Positions 1 to 7,914 of a stretch of 64,000 bases of DNA are shown here, piece by piece (positions within the stretch are counted from its first letter, which is position 1; each line of letters opens with the position of its first letter). The notes below the pieces were generated by a model. The model was not told where the DNA came from. It searched no databases and saw only the letters and a list, made by a program, of their open reading frames with translations. Source of the stretch: Nitrososphaerota archaeon (lineage in GTDB: Archaea; Thermoproteota; Bathyarchaeia; Bathyarchaeales; Bathycorpusculaceae); assembly GCA_031274765.1 (NCBI GenBank), contig JAISPR010000035.1, positions 12,351-76,350 on the forward strand, written 5' to 3'. The translations under genes and the position numbers were made by a program.

Positions 1-522
1 AGAGAGAATAACGTATTGCTTCCACGAACCAGCCTTGATTTGTGTAAGCAGTGTTAAAACAACAAACAAAAATATGATCCCCAACTCGTTTCTCAACATA
101 TCCCAAGAGATTCGTAATGCCACAAAATATATAGTGCCTAGAAGCGCAGGCGCCAAGCTTTTAATCGGTGACCACCCCAACCCTTTATGGGCATAATAGT
201 AAATCGACAAACCCAATAACCCAAGAAGCAACACCGAAAGCACCTTAAGGGACATAATAAACGGTATACCAACGCTAACTAGTGATACAAAAAGAGCGTA
301 TAATAGCGGTGTAATCGCAAAATAATCCCAAACACCGATATCTCCGCGCAACCACGCAAGAGTAATCGGAACATAAAAACCCATAGTATCAAAACCAACA
401 ACATAGGGGCCGACCAATATTTCAGGTATGGTTCTAACTAATAGAGGCAAAAGGAAAGCCAGTAAGGGAATAAAGTATCGTTTTTTAGTAACGCACTTGG
501 TCAGGAAATCAACAACAGTCAC
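1..522 (-). CDS. polytopic membrane protein, partial (3' end runs off the window edge)
   Basis: Not in the ORF track. My minus-strand translation from GTG (522-520, preceded by TAA) gives an unbroken 174-codon frame down to position 1 (VTVVDFLTK...GFDTMGFYVPITLAWLRGDIGVW...LLLGLLGLSIYYYAHKGLGW...). It contains several hydrophobic helices. Confidence 0.45.
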   Translation of the reverse strand, partial: MTVVDFLTKCVTKKRYFIPLLAFLLPLLVRTIPEILVGPYVVGFDTMGFYVPITLAWLRGDIGVWDYFAITPLLYALFVSLVSVGIPFIMSLKVLSVLLLGLLGLSIYYYAHKGLGWSPIKSLAPALLGTIYFVALRISWDMLRNELGIIFLFVVLTLLTQIKAGSWKQYVILS

Positions 523-1160
523 TTAGATCGCCAATCAAACAACTACACCATTAACTTTATTGGCAAACCCTAAATGCCTTCCGCTCAAAAAACAAACTAT
601 CACCCCAAACAACTATAAACGCGATAAAAACAACCAAACAAAATAGTTTACAGGTTTATAATTCTAACGTAACTAATCACGTTCACACCATACAAAACAG
701 ATAACTTAAACGACTCAGACACTATTTTCTAAACAAACATATACGAATTTATTGCAATATAGTTTAACTAGCATCAACATATGAAAAAAATTCAACTGTA
801 TTGCGAAAACTATTTATTTTTACATAACTCCAACACAGCCATATTGATTAAATTGAACAAAACTTCAACCCACTCACCGTTTTACCACAGTTATGTTCCA
901 GATTGTCTACAGATATGTGCAGCCACAAAGAGGTTTTATTTGCCAGCATAACTTTTGCCAGCAAAACACAATAGACAATAACGCACAGTGAATCTCCAGC
1001 CAACATATTTAGCAAAATCAGACATACCAATGGACCCCAAAGCACAGTTCTCAATCTACAAAAATCAACCCCGCCCAAGGCATCAGTGCGATAGTAACCC
1101 AATACCGAAATTTAAATCAAAAAACTTAAAGTGTACGCTGTTAAGTGTATCGGTACTGGT

Positions 1161-1281
1161 GGCGGGGTATCCGAGCCAGGTCTAAATAGGGCCAGATAAA
1201 CCATTGCCCCTAAGATATGGAGGAGGACTTAAGATCCTCTGGCGCAGGCCTTCACGGGTTCAAGTCCCGTCCCCGCCACCA
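1161..1281 (+). tRNA. tRNA-Leu (anticodon UAA) with a ~33-nt insertion in the D-loop (putative non-canonical intron); 3' CCA encoded
   Basis: Acceptor GGCGGGG/CCCCGCC; D stem TCCG/TGGA; anticodon arm GAGGA-CTTAAGA-TCCTC; long variable arm TGGCGCAGGCCTTC; T arm ACGGG-TTCAAGT-CCCGT; discriminator A then CCA. There are 118 nt before the CCA versus ~85 expected for a class II tRNA. Confidence 0.8.
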
Positions 1282-1357
1282 CCATAAAAACACATACCTT
1301 TAGACAAATAAAGAACAAAACTAAAACACTAGCTGAATGCCTTTGAGACAAAAATAT

Positions 1358-1489
1358 GGCCTTTCGCTATTTTAGGTGGGTACACTCATTCGCCCTTCTT
1401 TAAACTTCTTATGTTCTCCCTTAGTGCTCCATACAACATTATACCGCAACAAAACTTATTGACCCCACCCACCTAATTTGACGAATAAC
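1358..1489 (+). mobile_element. Repeat family A, copy 1 (~132 bp MITE-like element)
   Basis: Near-identical to 11422-11553, 17030-17160 and 28963-29091. Internal 8-bp stem AGGTGGGT...ACCCACCT. Flanked by a 9-bp direct repeat CAAAAATAT (1349-1357 and 1490-1498). Confidence 0.8.
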
Positions 1490-1553
1490 CAAAAATATCG
1501 TTAATGCGCCAGCACAAAATAATCTTCACCAGTCACATACTTTATGCGCCATA

Positions 1554-1670
1554 CTTGAATTAAGCATAATTTTTCTCTTTAAAACTTGAAAATTTTGTCA
1601 ATTGTATGTGGCGTCAACACGAATTTGATTCAGTATCAAATTAACTATTCTAAATTGGCACACTACCAAA
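1554..1670 (-). repeat. Repeat family D, inverted copy (~115 bp)
   Basis: The reverse complement aligns at roughly 75-80 percent identity by eye to 28852-28962 (TTTGGTRGTGTGCCAATTTAGAAT...TGCTTAATT). Confidence 0.55.
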
Positions 1671-1778
1671 AAAAGATTCAAAGCCACAAATATATACATT
1701 GAAAAACTCGACCCACAACATTTTTGAACACACATACCCGTAAACAACAAAAAAGAATTTAGCTGTTAAAGAGACATT

Positions 1779-2672
1779 TTAAACAACAGCATTTTTAGAT
1801 TCGAACCCATTTAAATCCATGACATCAACAATTTTTCTTTGCAAAAATCCATTCACAACATCAACAAGAGCTTCACAAGCAAACCACCGTTCCTCTAAGG
1901 ATCCATCAGTTTCTGCGGCCTGCACTTTATTTTGGAACATGTGTAGCTGTTTCTGTATGGGTTCGCGTCTACGCTCAAACTGCTCCCAAAGCGCCCTCTG
2001 CTTTTCTTTGAAATCAAGCACAACTAACTCTAACTCTAGTTGCTTCTCATTTAGTGCCTCTATTACCACTAATTCTTGTTGTTCCCGCTCTTTTTTAGAG
2101 ACGCCCCGCCAAAACCCTGTTTTTAAACGGATAATTCTATCTTGGTCACTTTTTAACTGCACTATGAGACTATTGAGCCGTTTTATTTCATTAGCTTTTT
2201 GGGCTTTAAGAGCACCTATGGCGAGGGCATGTTGGGCATTGATTTGATTTAGAAAACTTTTACAGTAAGACAGCTTTTTTGTTTCCTGTTCAGCATTAGC
2301 TTCTTTTCGACCATACGCGTCTAGTTGTGACTCTATAGTGGTCAGTATTTCGGCACATTGGTTTTTGAACTGTTCATCCACCCCTATAGAGAAATATGTC
2401 TCAAATTCATCCAATATGGTTTTAACATTGGTGAGCCATCGGGTGAAGTGCGTGCTAAACGGGGAGGTTCCAAATTTCTGAGCACCCAAAGTATGAAGGC
2501 GTTTGAGGGTGAGCTCTATAAATTCGGCCTGTAAAACAGGGATTTTTTCTTGTTTGCCTTGTCTGCTATATTGTCTATTAGTGTTTTTTTTGTTTTTGTT
2601 TTTTTCCCGAAGTGGTTTTTTGTTTTGGTAGGCAGTGTTTCGTGAGGATTTTATTCGAGGTTGATAACCCAT
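1779..2672 (-). CDS. hypothetical coiled-coil protein with a K/R/N-rich N-terminus
   Basis: 297-aa ORF. Long heptad-like helical stretches rich in E/K/Q/L. I recognise no family. Confidence 0.6.
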   Translation of the reverse strand: MGYQPRIKSSRNTAYQNKKPLREKNKNKKNTNRQYSRQGKQEKIPVLQAEFIELTLKRLHTLGAQKFGTSPFSTHFTRWLTNVKTILDEFETYFSIGVDEQFKNQCAEILTTIESQLDAYGRKEANAEQETKKLSYCKSFLNQINAQHALAIGALKAQKANEIKRLNSLIVQLKSDQDRIIRLKTGFWRGVSKKEREQQELVVIEALNEKQLELELVVLDFKEKQRALWEQFERRREPIQKQLHMFQNKVQAAETDGSLEERWFACEALVDVVNGFLQRKIVDVMDLNGFESKNAVV

Positions 2673-2989
2673 AGAGAAAACATGGGATTCTTACAATATT
2701 AGTTTGTTCCCAATCAATGTGCATTTGAGATAGGTGATTAATTTTGGTAGGTGTTTATTTGGTGTGTGGGGATTAGCAATGTGAGCGTGGGGAAGTTGCC
2801 GATTGAGTCTAAACCCCAAGCAATCATCGTTTGAGCGTGGTACTGAACTAGCCGCTCGTTGAGGTTATCTCAGAGGCGGTCTTGAAGAGTTTCCAGAACT
2901 CAAGTTTGCATGTTGCTGTGAAGCGTGTTTCTCAATCGGCAAAATAGGGGTACGTTACATCGAATTTAATGTTTTGTGGGTGTTTTGTG

Positions 2990-3832
2990 CTAGCACTGGG
3001 GATTGTTTTTTAGTAGGTTTGTGAGTTCTTCTTTGCCTTCTTTGAGGGTGAGGGGGATTTGTTTGATTAGGCCTTGTTTTCCAAGTTCGGTAAATAGATT
3101 TGTAATGGTGGGAGGTTCTAGGCCGGATTTTTCTAGTAGGTTATTGTCTTGTAGCACTGTGCGGGTTTTGCCCTCAGTGAGTTTTAGGCCGTGGCTGATT
3201 ACGATTATGCGGTCGGCTAATTCGGGGATGGCTTCTGCGTCGTGGGTGGAGATGATGATGGTTGTGCCTGTTTTGTTGAGTTCATTTAGGGTGTCGATTA
3301 GGTTGCGTCGTGAGATTAGGTCAAGGTTTGCTGTGGGTTCGTCAAGGATTAAGAGATCTGGGTTTAGAACTAGGGCTGTTGCTAGGGCGACTTGTTTTTT
3401 TTCTCCAAAGCTGAGTCGGTGTGGGGGGCGGTTTTTTAGGTGGGTGAGGTTCATTTTTTTTAGTATCTGGGTGCTTTGGGTTTGGATGGTTTTGTTTGGG
3501 AGTTTGAGGTTTTGGGGTCCGTATTCGATGTCTTCGATTACGCTTGGGTTGAAGAGTTGGTCGTCGGGGTCTTGGAAGACTATGCCGATGCGGGGGCGTA
3601 GTTTTTGAAAGTTTTTTGAGGTGGTTTTTTCTCCAAAAACGTTGATTTCGCCTGAGTTGGGTGTTAGGAGTCCTGCGATGAGTAGAATTAGGGTGGATTT
3701 GCCTGAGCCGTTTGGTCCAAGTAGGGCCACTCGTTCGCCTGGCATCACTTTGAAGGTTATGCCGTTTAGGGCGGTGATGTTTGGGGGGTAGTTGAATGTG
3801 ATGTTATTGACAGATATGATGGGGTCAGCCAT
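2990..3832 (-). CDS. cbiO: Ni/Co ECF-type transporter ATPase (CbiO/NikO/LarO-like)
   Basis: Walker A GPNGSGKST; signature LSFGEKKQVALA; Walker B LLILDEPT. Sits in an operon with cbiQ/N/M. Confidence 0.9.
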   Translation of the reverse strand: MADPIISVNNITFNYPPNITALNGITFKVMPGERVALLGPNGSGKSTLILLIAGLLTPNSGEINVFGEKTTSKNFQKLRPRIGIVFQDPDDQLFNPSVIEDIEYGPQNLKLPNKTIQTQSTQILKKMNLTHLKNRPPHRLSFGEKKQVALATALVLNPDLLILDEPTANLDLISRRNLIDTLNELNKTGTTIIISTHDAEAIPELADRIIVISHGLKLTEGKTRTVLQDNNLLEKSGLEPPTITNLFTELGKQGLIKQIPLTLKEGKEELTNLLKNNPQC

Positions 3833-3841
3833 GTTGGAGCC

Positions 3842-4654
3842 TCATATTAGTGCAAGATAGGTAAAGGGGACTATTATTGATGTTGTGAATAGGAGGTCTT
3901 TTGTGTGGAGGGGTGGGATTTCGTATTTGGTTGTTTGGTTGATTTCAAAGCCTCTTGCTTTCATGGCTAGATACACTCGTTCGGAGCGTTCGTATGTTCG
4001 GATAAAGAGGGTGGCAAGAATTGTGCTAAATGCTTTGAGGGTTTGGAGGTTTAGGGTGTGGTTGTTGATGTAGGTGCGGGCTTCTTTTGCGATTAATATG
4101 CTTTGGGCTTCGTGGAGGGAAACAAAAAAGTATCGGTAGGTTAGGCTAAAGAGGTGGATGATTATGGGGGGGACTTTTAGGGTTGAGAGGAGTTTTAGGG
4201 TTTTGTCAAATCCTGTTGAGAGGATTAAGAGGTTAAGGGTTGCTGCGCAAAACCAGATGCGTAGGGTAAACACTAGGAATTGGTTGGCTCCTTGGAGGGT
4301 TATTGTTATGTTTAGGGTGTTGATGTTTGTGGTCCATAGGGGGGTTCCGGGGGTTATAAACAGTAGGGGGAGGGAAATTATGGCCATAAATAGGGGGATG
4401 AGTGCGGTTCGGATGAGGAGTTGTTTGGGGGTTATTTGTGAGGCTGCGGCGAAGGCTAGGGGGATGGGGCAGATTAGTAGTAGATAGGGAAGTTTGGTGA
4501 TGAATAGGGTGGAGGTTATCATGGCGGCTATGGTGATTAATTTTGTTATGGGGTTTAGGGTTTGCATTAGGCCTTTTTTGTTGCTTAGGTTTTCGATGTA
4601 GACTATGGTTTCAGCGCTTTTGGCGAGGTCTTTGAGGGATTTTGGGATTTTCAT
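3842..4654 (-). CDS. cbiQ: Ni/Co transporter transmembrane component CbiQ (EcfT-like)
   Basis: 270-aa polytopic protein with the conserved AMKARGFE motif. Lies between cbiO and cbiN/M. Confidence 0.85.
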   Translation of the reverse strand: MKIPKSLKDLAKSAETIVYIENLSNKKGLMQTLNPITKLITIAAMITSTLFITKLPYLLLICPIPLAFAAASQITPKQLLIRTALIPLFMAIISLPLLFITPGTPLWTTNINTLNITITLQGANQFLVFTLRIWFCAATLNLLILSTGFDKTLKLLSTLKVPPIIIHLFSLTYRYFFVSLHEAQSILIAKEARTYINNHTLNLQTLKAFSTILATLFIRTYERSERVYLAMKARGFEINQTTKYEIPPLHTKDLLFTTSIIVPFTYLALI

Positions 4655-4950
4655 TTGTTGGCCTTCTTTTTGTTTAGTAGTTTTGCAAGGGTAACTGTGA
4701 TTGCAAAGAGTAGAAGTGTTGTGGTTGTGCTAATTATTAGGGTGCTCCATTGGTTTTCGAGGTTTGGGAGGTTATAGTTGGGAAATGGGGGGTTATAGAT
4801 GGGTTGTTCTTTTAGTCCTAGTTCTTCTGCTTTTTTATCAAGTATTTCTTGTGTATGTGTGAGGCCAAAAACGCCTATTGTGATGAAAATTAAGGCGAGG
4901 GTTAGGCCGATTATGATTGTTGTTTGGTTTTGTTTTTTAGGTTTTGGCAT
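4651..4950 (-). CDS. cbiN: small two-TM component, CbiN-like
   Basis: Topology is TM - ~40-aa loop - TM with a basic tail. Start chosen at the internal ATG (MPKPKK); the ORF is open up to 5001. There is a 4-bp overlap with the cbiQ start. Confidence 0.55.
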   Translation of the reverse strand: MPKPKKQNQTTIIIGLTLALIFITIGVFGLTHTQEILDKKAEELGLKEQPIYNPPFPNYNLPNLENQWSTLIISTTTTLLLFAITVTLAKLLNKKKANK

Positions 4951-5641
4951 TTTTTGTTGGCTCGTTTTTTGTTTTGTTTTTGAATAGGGATAATTTGCCA
5001 AGTAGGGGGCTTTTTTCGATTACATCGGGGCGTAGTTTGAGAAGAATGGCGATTATGAGGACTGCAAAAGCGCCTTCGATGGTGCTGCTTATAGAGTGGG
5101 GTATGATCACGGCCGCTAGTGTGATGTTTAGGCCATATGGGTGTAGGGAGGATATGCCGATTTCTGCACCGGCGGCTATGGCGGCTGTTAAATCGCCAAA
5201 GAAGGCCGAGACAAATATTATGCCATATAAACTGTTGCCTATTTTGGGTTTGAAGAATTTGTTTAGGGTTATAAATAGGATGCAGGGGATAAAGACGCCA
5301 AGTATGCCCATGTTTAAGACGTTGGCGCCAAGTACTATGATGCCGCCATCGGCAAAGAGGAGGGCTTGTAGAGTTAAAATGATAGACATGGAGATTAGGC
5401 CTGCAAAGGGTCCTAAAATAAGGCCGATGACTGCGCCGCCAAGGAGATGTACGGTGACTCCGCCAAATACTGGAATGTTTAGAGACATGGCGGCAAAAAA
5501 GAGTGCTGTTAGTAGTCCCATCATGGGAACTTGTTGTTCGGTTAGTTTGATTTTTTTAGATGCTATTATCCAAAATATGAGGGTTATTATGAGTGCTGGG
5601 ACGGCTATTGTTAGTGTGAGTTGTCCGTCTTGTAGGTGCAT
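4937..5641 (-). CDS. cbiM: Ni/Co transporter substrate-capture component CbiM
   Basis: N-terminus MHLQDGQL matches the CbiM MHIxDG signature. 234 aa, multi-TM. Confidence 0.9.
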   Translation of the reverse strand: MHLQDGQLTLTIAVPALIITLIFWIIASKKIKLTEQQVPMMGLLTALFFAAMSLNIPVFGGVTVHLLGGAVIGLILGPFAGLISMSIILTLQALLFADGGIIVLGANVLNMGILGVFIPCILFITLNKFFKPKIGNSLYGIIFVSAFFGDLTAAIAAGAEIGISSLHPYGLNITLAAVIIPHSISSTIEGAFAVLIIAILLKLRPDVIEKSPLLGKLSLFKNKTKNEPTKNAKT

Positions 5642-5795
5642 ATTTGATGCTCCAGGTAATATGTTTTTTAAAAAAAGTATTACTCAATATAAGTGTTACT
5701 ATAACCTAAATTAGTAATAACATCACAGCACAACACACAAACAACAAACACCAACACACAACCAAACCACCACCCAACCACACAAATAAACAACA

Positions 5796-6584
5796 CTATC
5801 GAAACATAGCCGCACGATTCGCAATTAAAGCCGCAACAGCCCCCGCAGCCACCCCTCCATCAATATTAACAACCGCCAAACCCAAAGAACATGACTGAAG
5901 CATCGCCATCAAAGCACCCACCCCCTTTGCACCAAACCCATAACTATTAGAAGCAGGCACCCCAATCACCGGCACATCCACAAGACCCGCCACCACCGAA
6001 ACCAAAGCACCTTCCCGCCCCGCAACCACAACCACAACATCCACATCATTTTCAATAAGCCGCCTCAGAGGCTCAAACAAACGATGCATACCCGCAACCC
6101 CCACATCATAAAACGAAAACACCACCCCACCCATCTCTTCTACAATAACCCTGACTTCTTCAGCAAGCGATATATCACTTGTCCCAGCAGTCAAAATACC
6201 CACCCGACCACCCCCACCACGCCCACCCCGATAAAACCCATTTTTGAGCACCACCATCCTTGCCGGCTCATTAACCGACACAACAAAATCCGCATCCAAA
6301 CCACCCATAGCTCTAAGCGCCTCCAAATGCTCCACACTACACCGACTCACAATAACACGCCCATTATTTGCCAACATCACCCCACAAATTTGCACCACCT
6401 CCCGAGGCGATTTACCCTCAGCCAAAATAACCTCAGGCACACCTTTGCGCAACTCACGACCACCATCCAACTTTGCTAAACACCCCACCTCATCGACAAC
6501 AAACAATTTGAGCAGTTTCTCGGCTTCAACAACCGAGAGCTCCCCGCAAGAAACCTTGAATAGAATCTCTTTTAACGACTGCAT
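5796..6584 (-). CDS. larB: LarB, pyridinium-3,5-biscarboxylic acid mononucleotide synthase (PurE-like)
   Basis: Motifs GILTAGTSD, VAGMHRL, VVVAGREGAL and PVIGVPAS...G are typical of LarB/AIR-carboxylase-like proteins. Start taken at the 10th codon (ATG 6584). Confidence 0.9.
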   Translation of the reverse strand: MQSLKEILFKVSCGELSVVEAEKLLKLFVVDEVGCLAKLDGGRELRKGVPEVILAEGKSPREVVQICGVMLANNGRVIVSRCSVEHLEALRAMGGLDADFVVSVNEPARMVVLKNGFYRGGRGGGGRVGILTAGTSDISLAEEVRVIVEEMGGVVFSFYDVGVAGMHRLFEPLRRLIENDVDVVVVVAGREGALVSVVAGLVDVPVIGVPASNSYGFGAKGVGALMAMLQSCSLGLAVVNIDGGVAAGAVAALIANRAAMFR

Positions 6585-6653
6585 AGAACAACAGATACTT
6601 AGAAAAACCACAAATCATATATCTATTATGCCTACTGGTAAACAATCGCTTTT

Positions 6654-7910
6654 GTGATACCTATGAGCGAAAACAGAAAAATTCTCATTATCGACTGCGC
6701 AACATCAGGCATCGCAGGAGACATGCTACTGAGCGCATTATTAGACTTAGGCGCCAATACCAACCGGGTCATAACCGCAATAAAAACCCTAGAAAACCCC
6801 ACATATGGCTATGGACACATCAACATCACCCACAAAAAAGTTATGCGCAACCAATTCCACGCACACCAAATCGACATTACCTCCACTTACACAAAAAAAA
6901 GACACGGTAGAGAACTCATCGATATCATAGAAAAAGCCACCGCAGACATCCCCATGTCACCAAAAGCACAAAAATTCGCCTCAGAAACCATCCACACACT
7001 CATCAATACAGAAGCCAAACTCCACAATACCAATTTTGACAACACCCATCTCCATGAAGTGGCACTAGTAGATACAGTTGCAGAAATTTTGGGCTGTGCG
7101 GTCGCACTTGACGATCTGCAACTTTTTGAAGCAAAAATCTACTCAACCCCCCTGGCAGTCGGCGGCGGATTTATAGAATGCTCACATGGCATCGTTTCAG
7201 TTCCCGCACCCGCGGTACTATCAATTTTGCAGTCCAAAAACTTTCCTTTCCACGGCGGACCCATCGAACATGAATTAGCTACCCCCACAGGTGTTTCCCT
7301 GCTGGTAAATTTAGCAACAAAAACCACCCGTGTCTACCCCTCATTGACACCCCTAAGAGGAGGACAGGGTACAGGAACCAAAGAATTCCCCCAACCCACA
7401 ATTCTAAGACTCACCCTTGGAACCCACACAAAAAAAAACTCCCAAGAGACAATTGCAGTTTTAGAAACCAACCTTGATGATGTTTCAGGCGAGATCATAG
7501 GCTATACCATAGAACGATTACTTGCACAAGGCGCCAAAGATGTCAGCGTAATTCCAACAATAACCAAAAAGAACCGCCCAGGTCATCTCATCAAAGTCAT
7601 CGCCGATAAAAAAGACACCACCCGGCTTGCCGATATAGTCATAGCTGAAACCGGTACATTGGGAGTGAGAATCTACTACTGCAAACGTCATATCCTTAAC
7701 CGTGAAATACAAAAAGTAGACGTAACAATTTTGGGCAATAAAGAAACCATTCAAGTTAAAATCGCCAAAGACGCCACAGGAGAAATCATACGCATAAAAC
7801 CCGAATACGAAGACCTCAAACAACTCGCAGAAAAAACCAACCAACCACTCCAAAAACTAACCGATTTAGCAATTTCTCAAGCACAAAAAATCCAAACCAA
7901 CCATAGGTGA
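6654..7910 (+). CDS. larC: LarC, nickel-inserting cyclometallase for the NPN cofactor
   Basis: N-terminus ILIIDCATSGIAGDMLLSALLDLGAN. 418 aa. Lies between larB and larE. Confidence 0.9.
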   Translation: MIPMSENRKILIIDCATSGIAGDMLLSALLDLGANTNRVITAIKTLENPTYGYGHINITHKKVMRNQFHAHQIDITSTYTKKRHGRELIDIIEKATADIPMSPKAQKFASETIHTLINTEAKLHNTNFDNTHLHEVALVDTVAEILGCAVALDDLQLFEAKIYSTPLAVGGGFIECSHGIVSVPAPAVLSILQSKNFPFHGGPIEHELATPTGVSLLVNLATKTTRVYPSLTPLRGGQGTGTKEFPQPTILRLTLGTHTKKNSQETIAVLETNLDDVSGEIIGYTIERLLAQGAKDVSVIPTITKKNRPGHLIKVIADKKDTTRLADIVIAETGTLGVRIYYCKRHILNREIQKVDVTILGNKETIQVKIAKDATGEIIRIKPEYEDLKQLAEKTNQPLQKLTDLAISQAQKIQTNHR

Positions 7911-7914
7911 GCAT

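Noticed and set aside
4944-5714. Long antisense ORFs opposite well-supported genes (e.g. 4944-5714 opposite cbiM, 3003-3608 opposite cbiO, 6084-6479 and 6244-6657 opposite larB, 20967-21500 opposite lysJ, 53644-53976, 61234-61638).
   Set aside because: Their translations are low-complexity (R/S/P/M- or H/T/P-rich) and have no recognisable motifs. They arise because the strongly skewed strand lacks the bases needed for stop codons. The opposite-strand genes have clear family signatures.
5642-5795. Possible cobalamin/nickel riboswitch upstream of cbiM.
   Set aside because: The spacer is a nearly G-free AC-rich tract on the plus strand (GT-rich in the gene sense), with no B12-box-like core or stable helices. 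Riboswitches are also rare in archaea.
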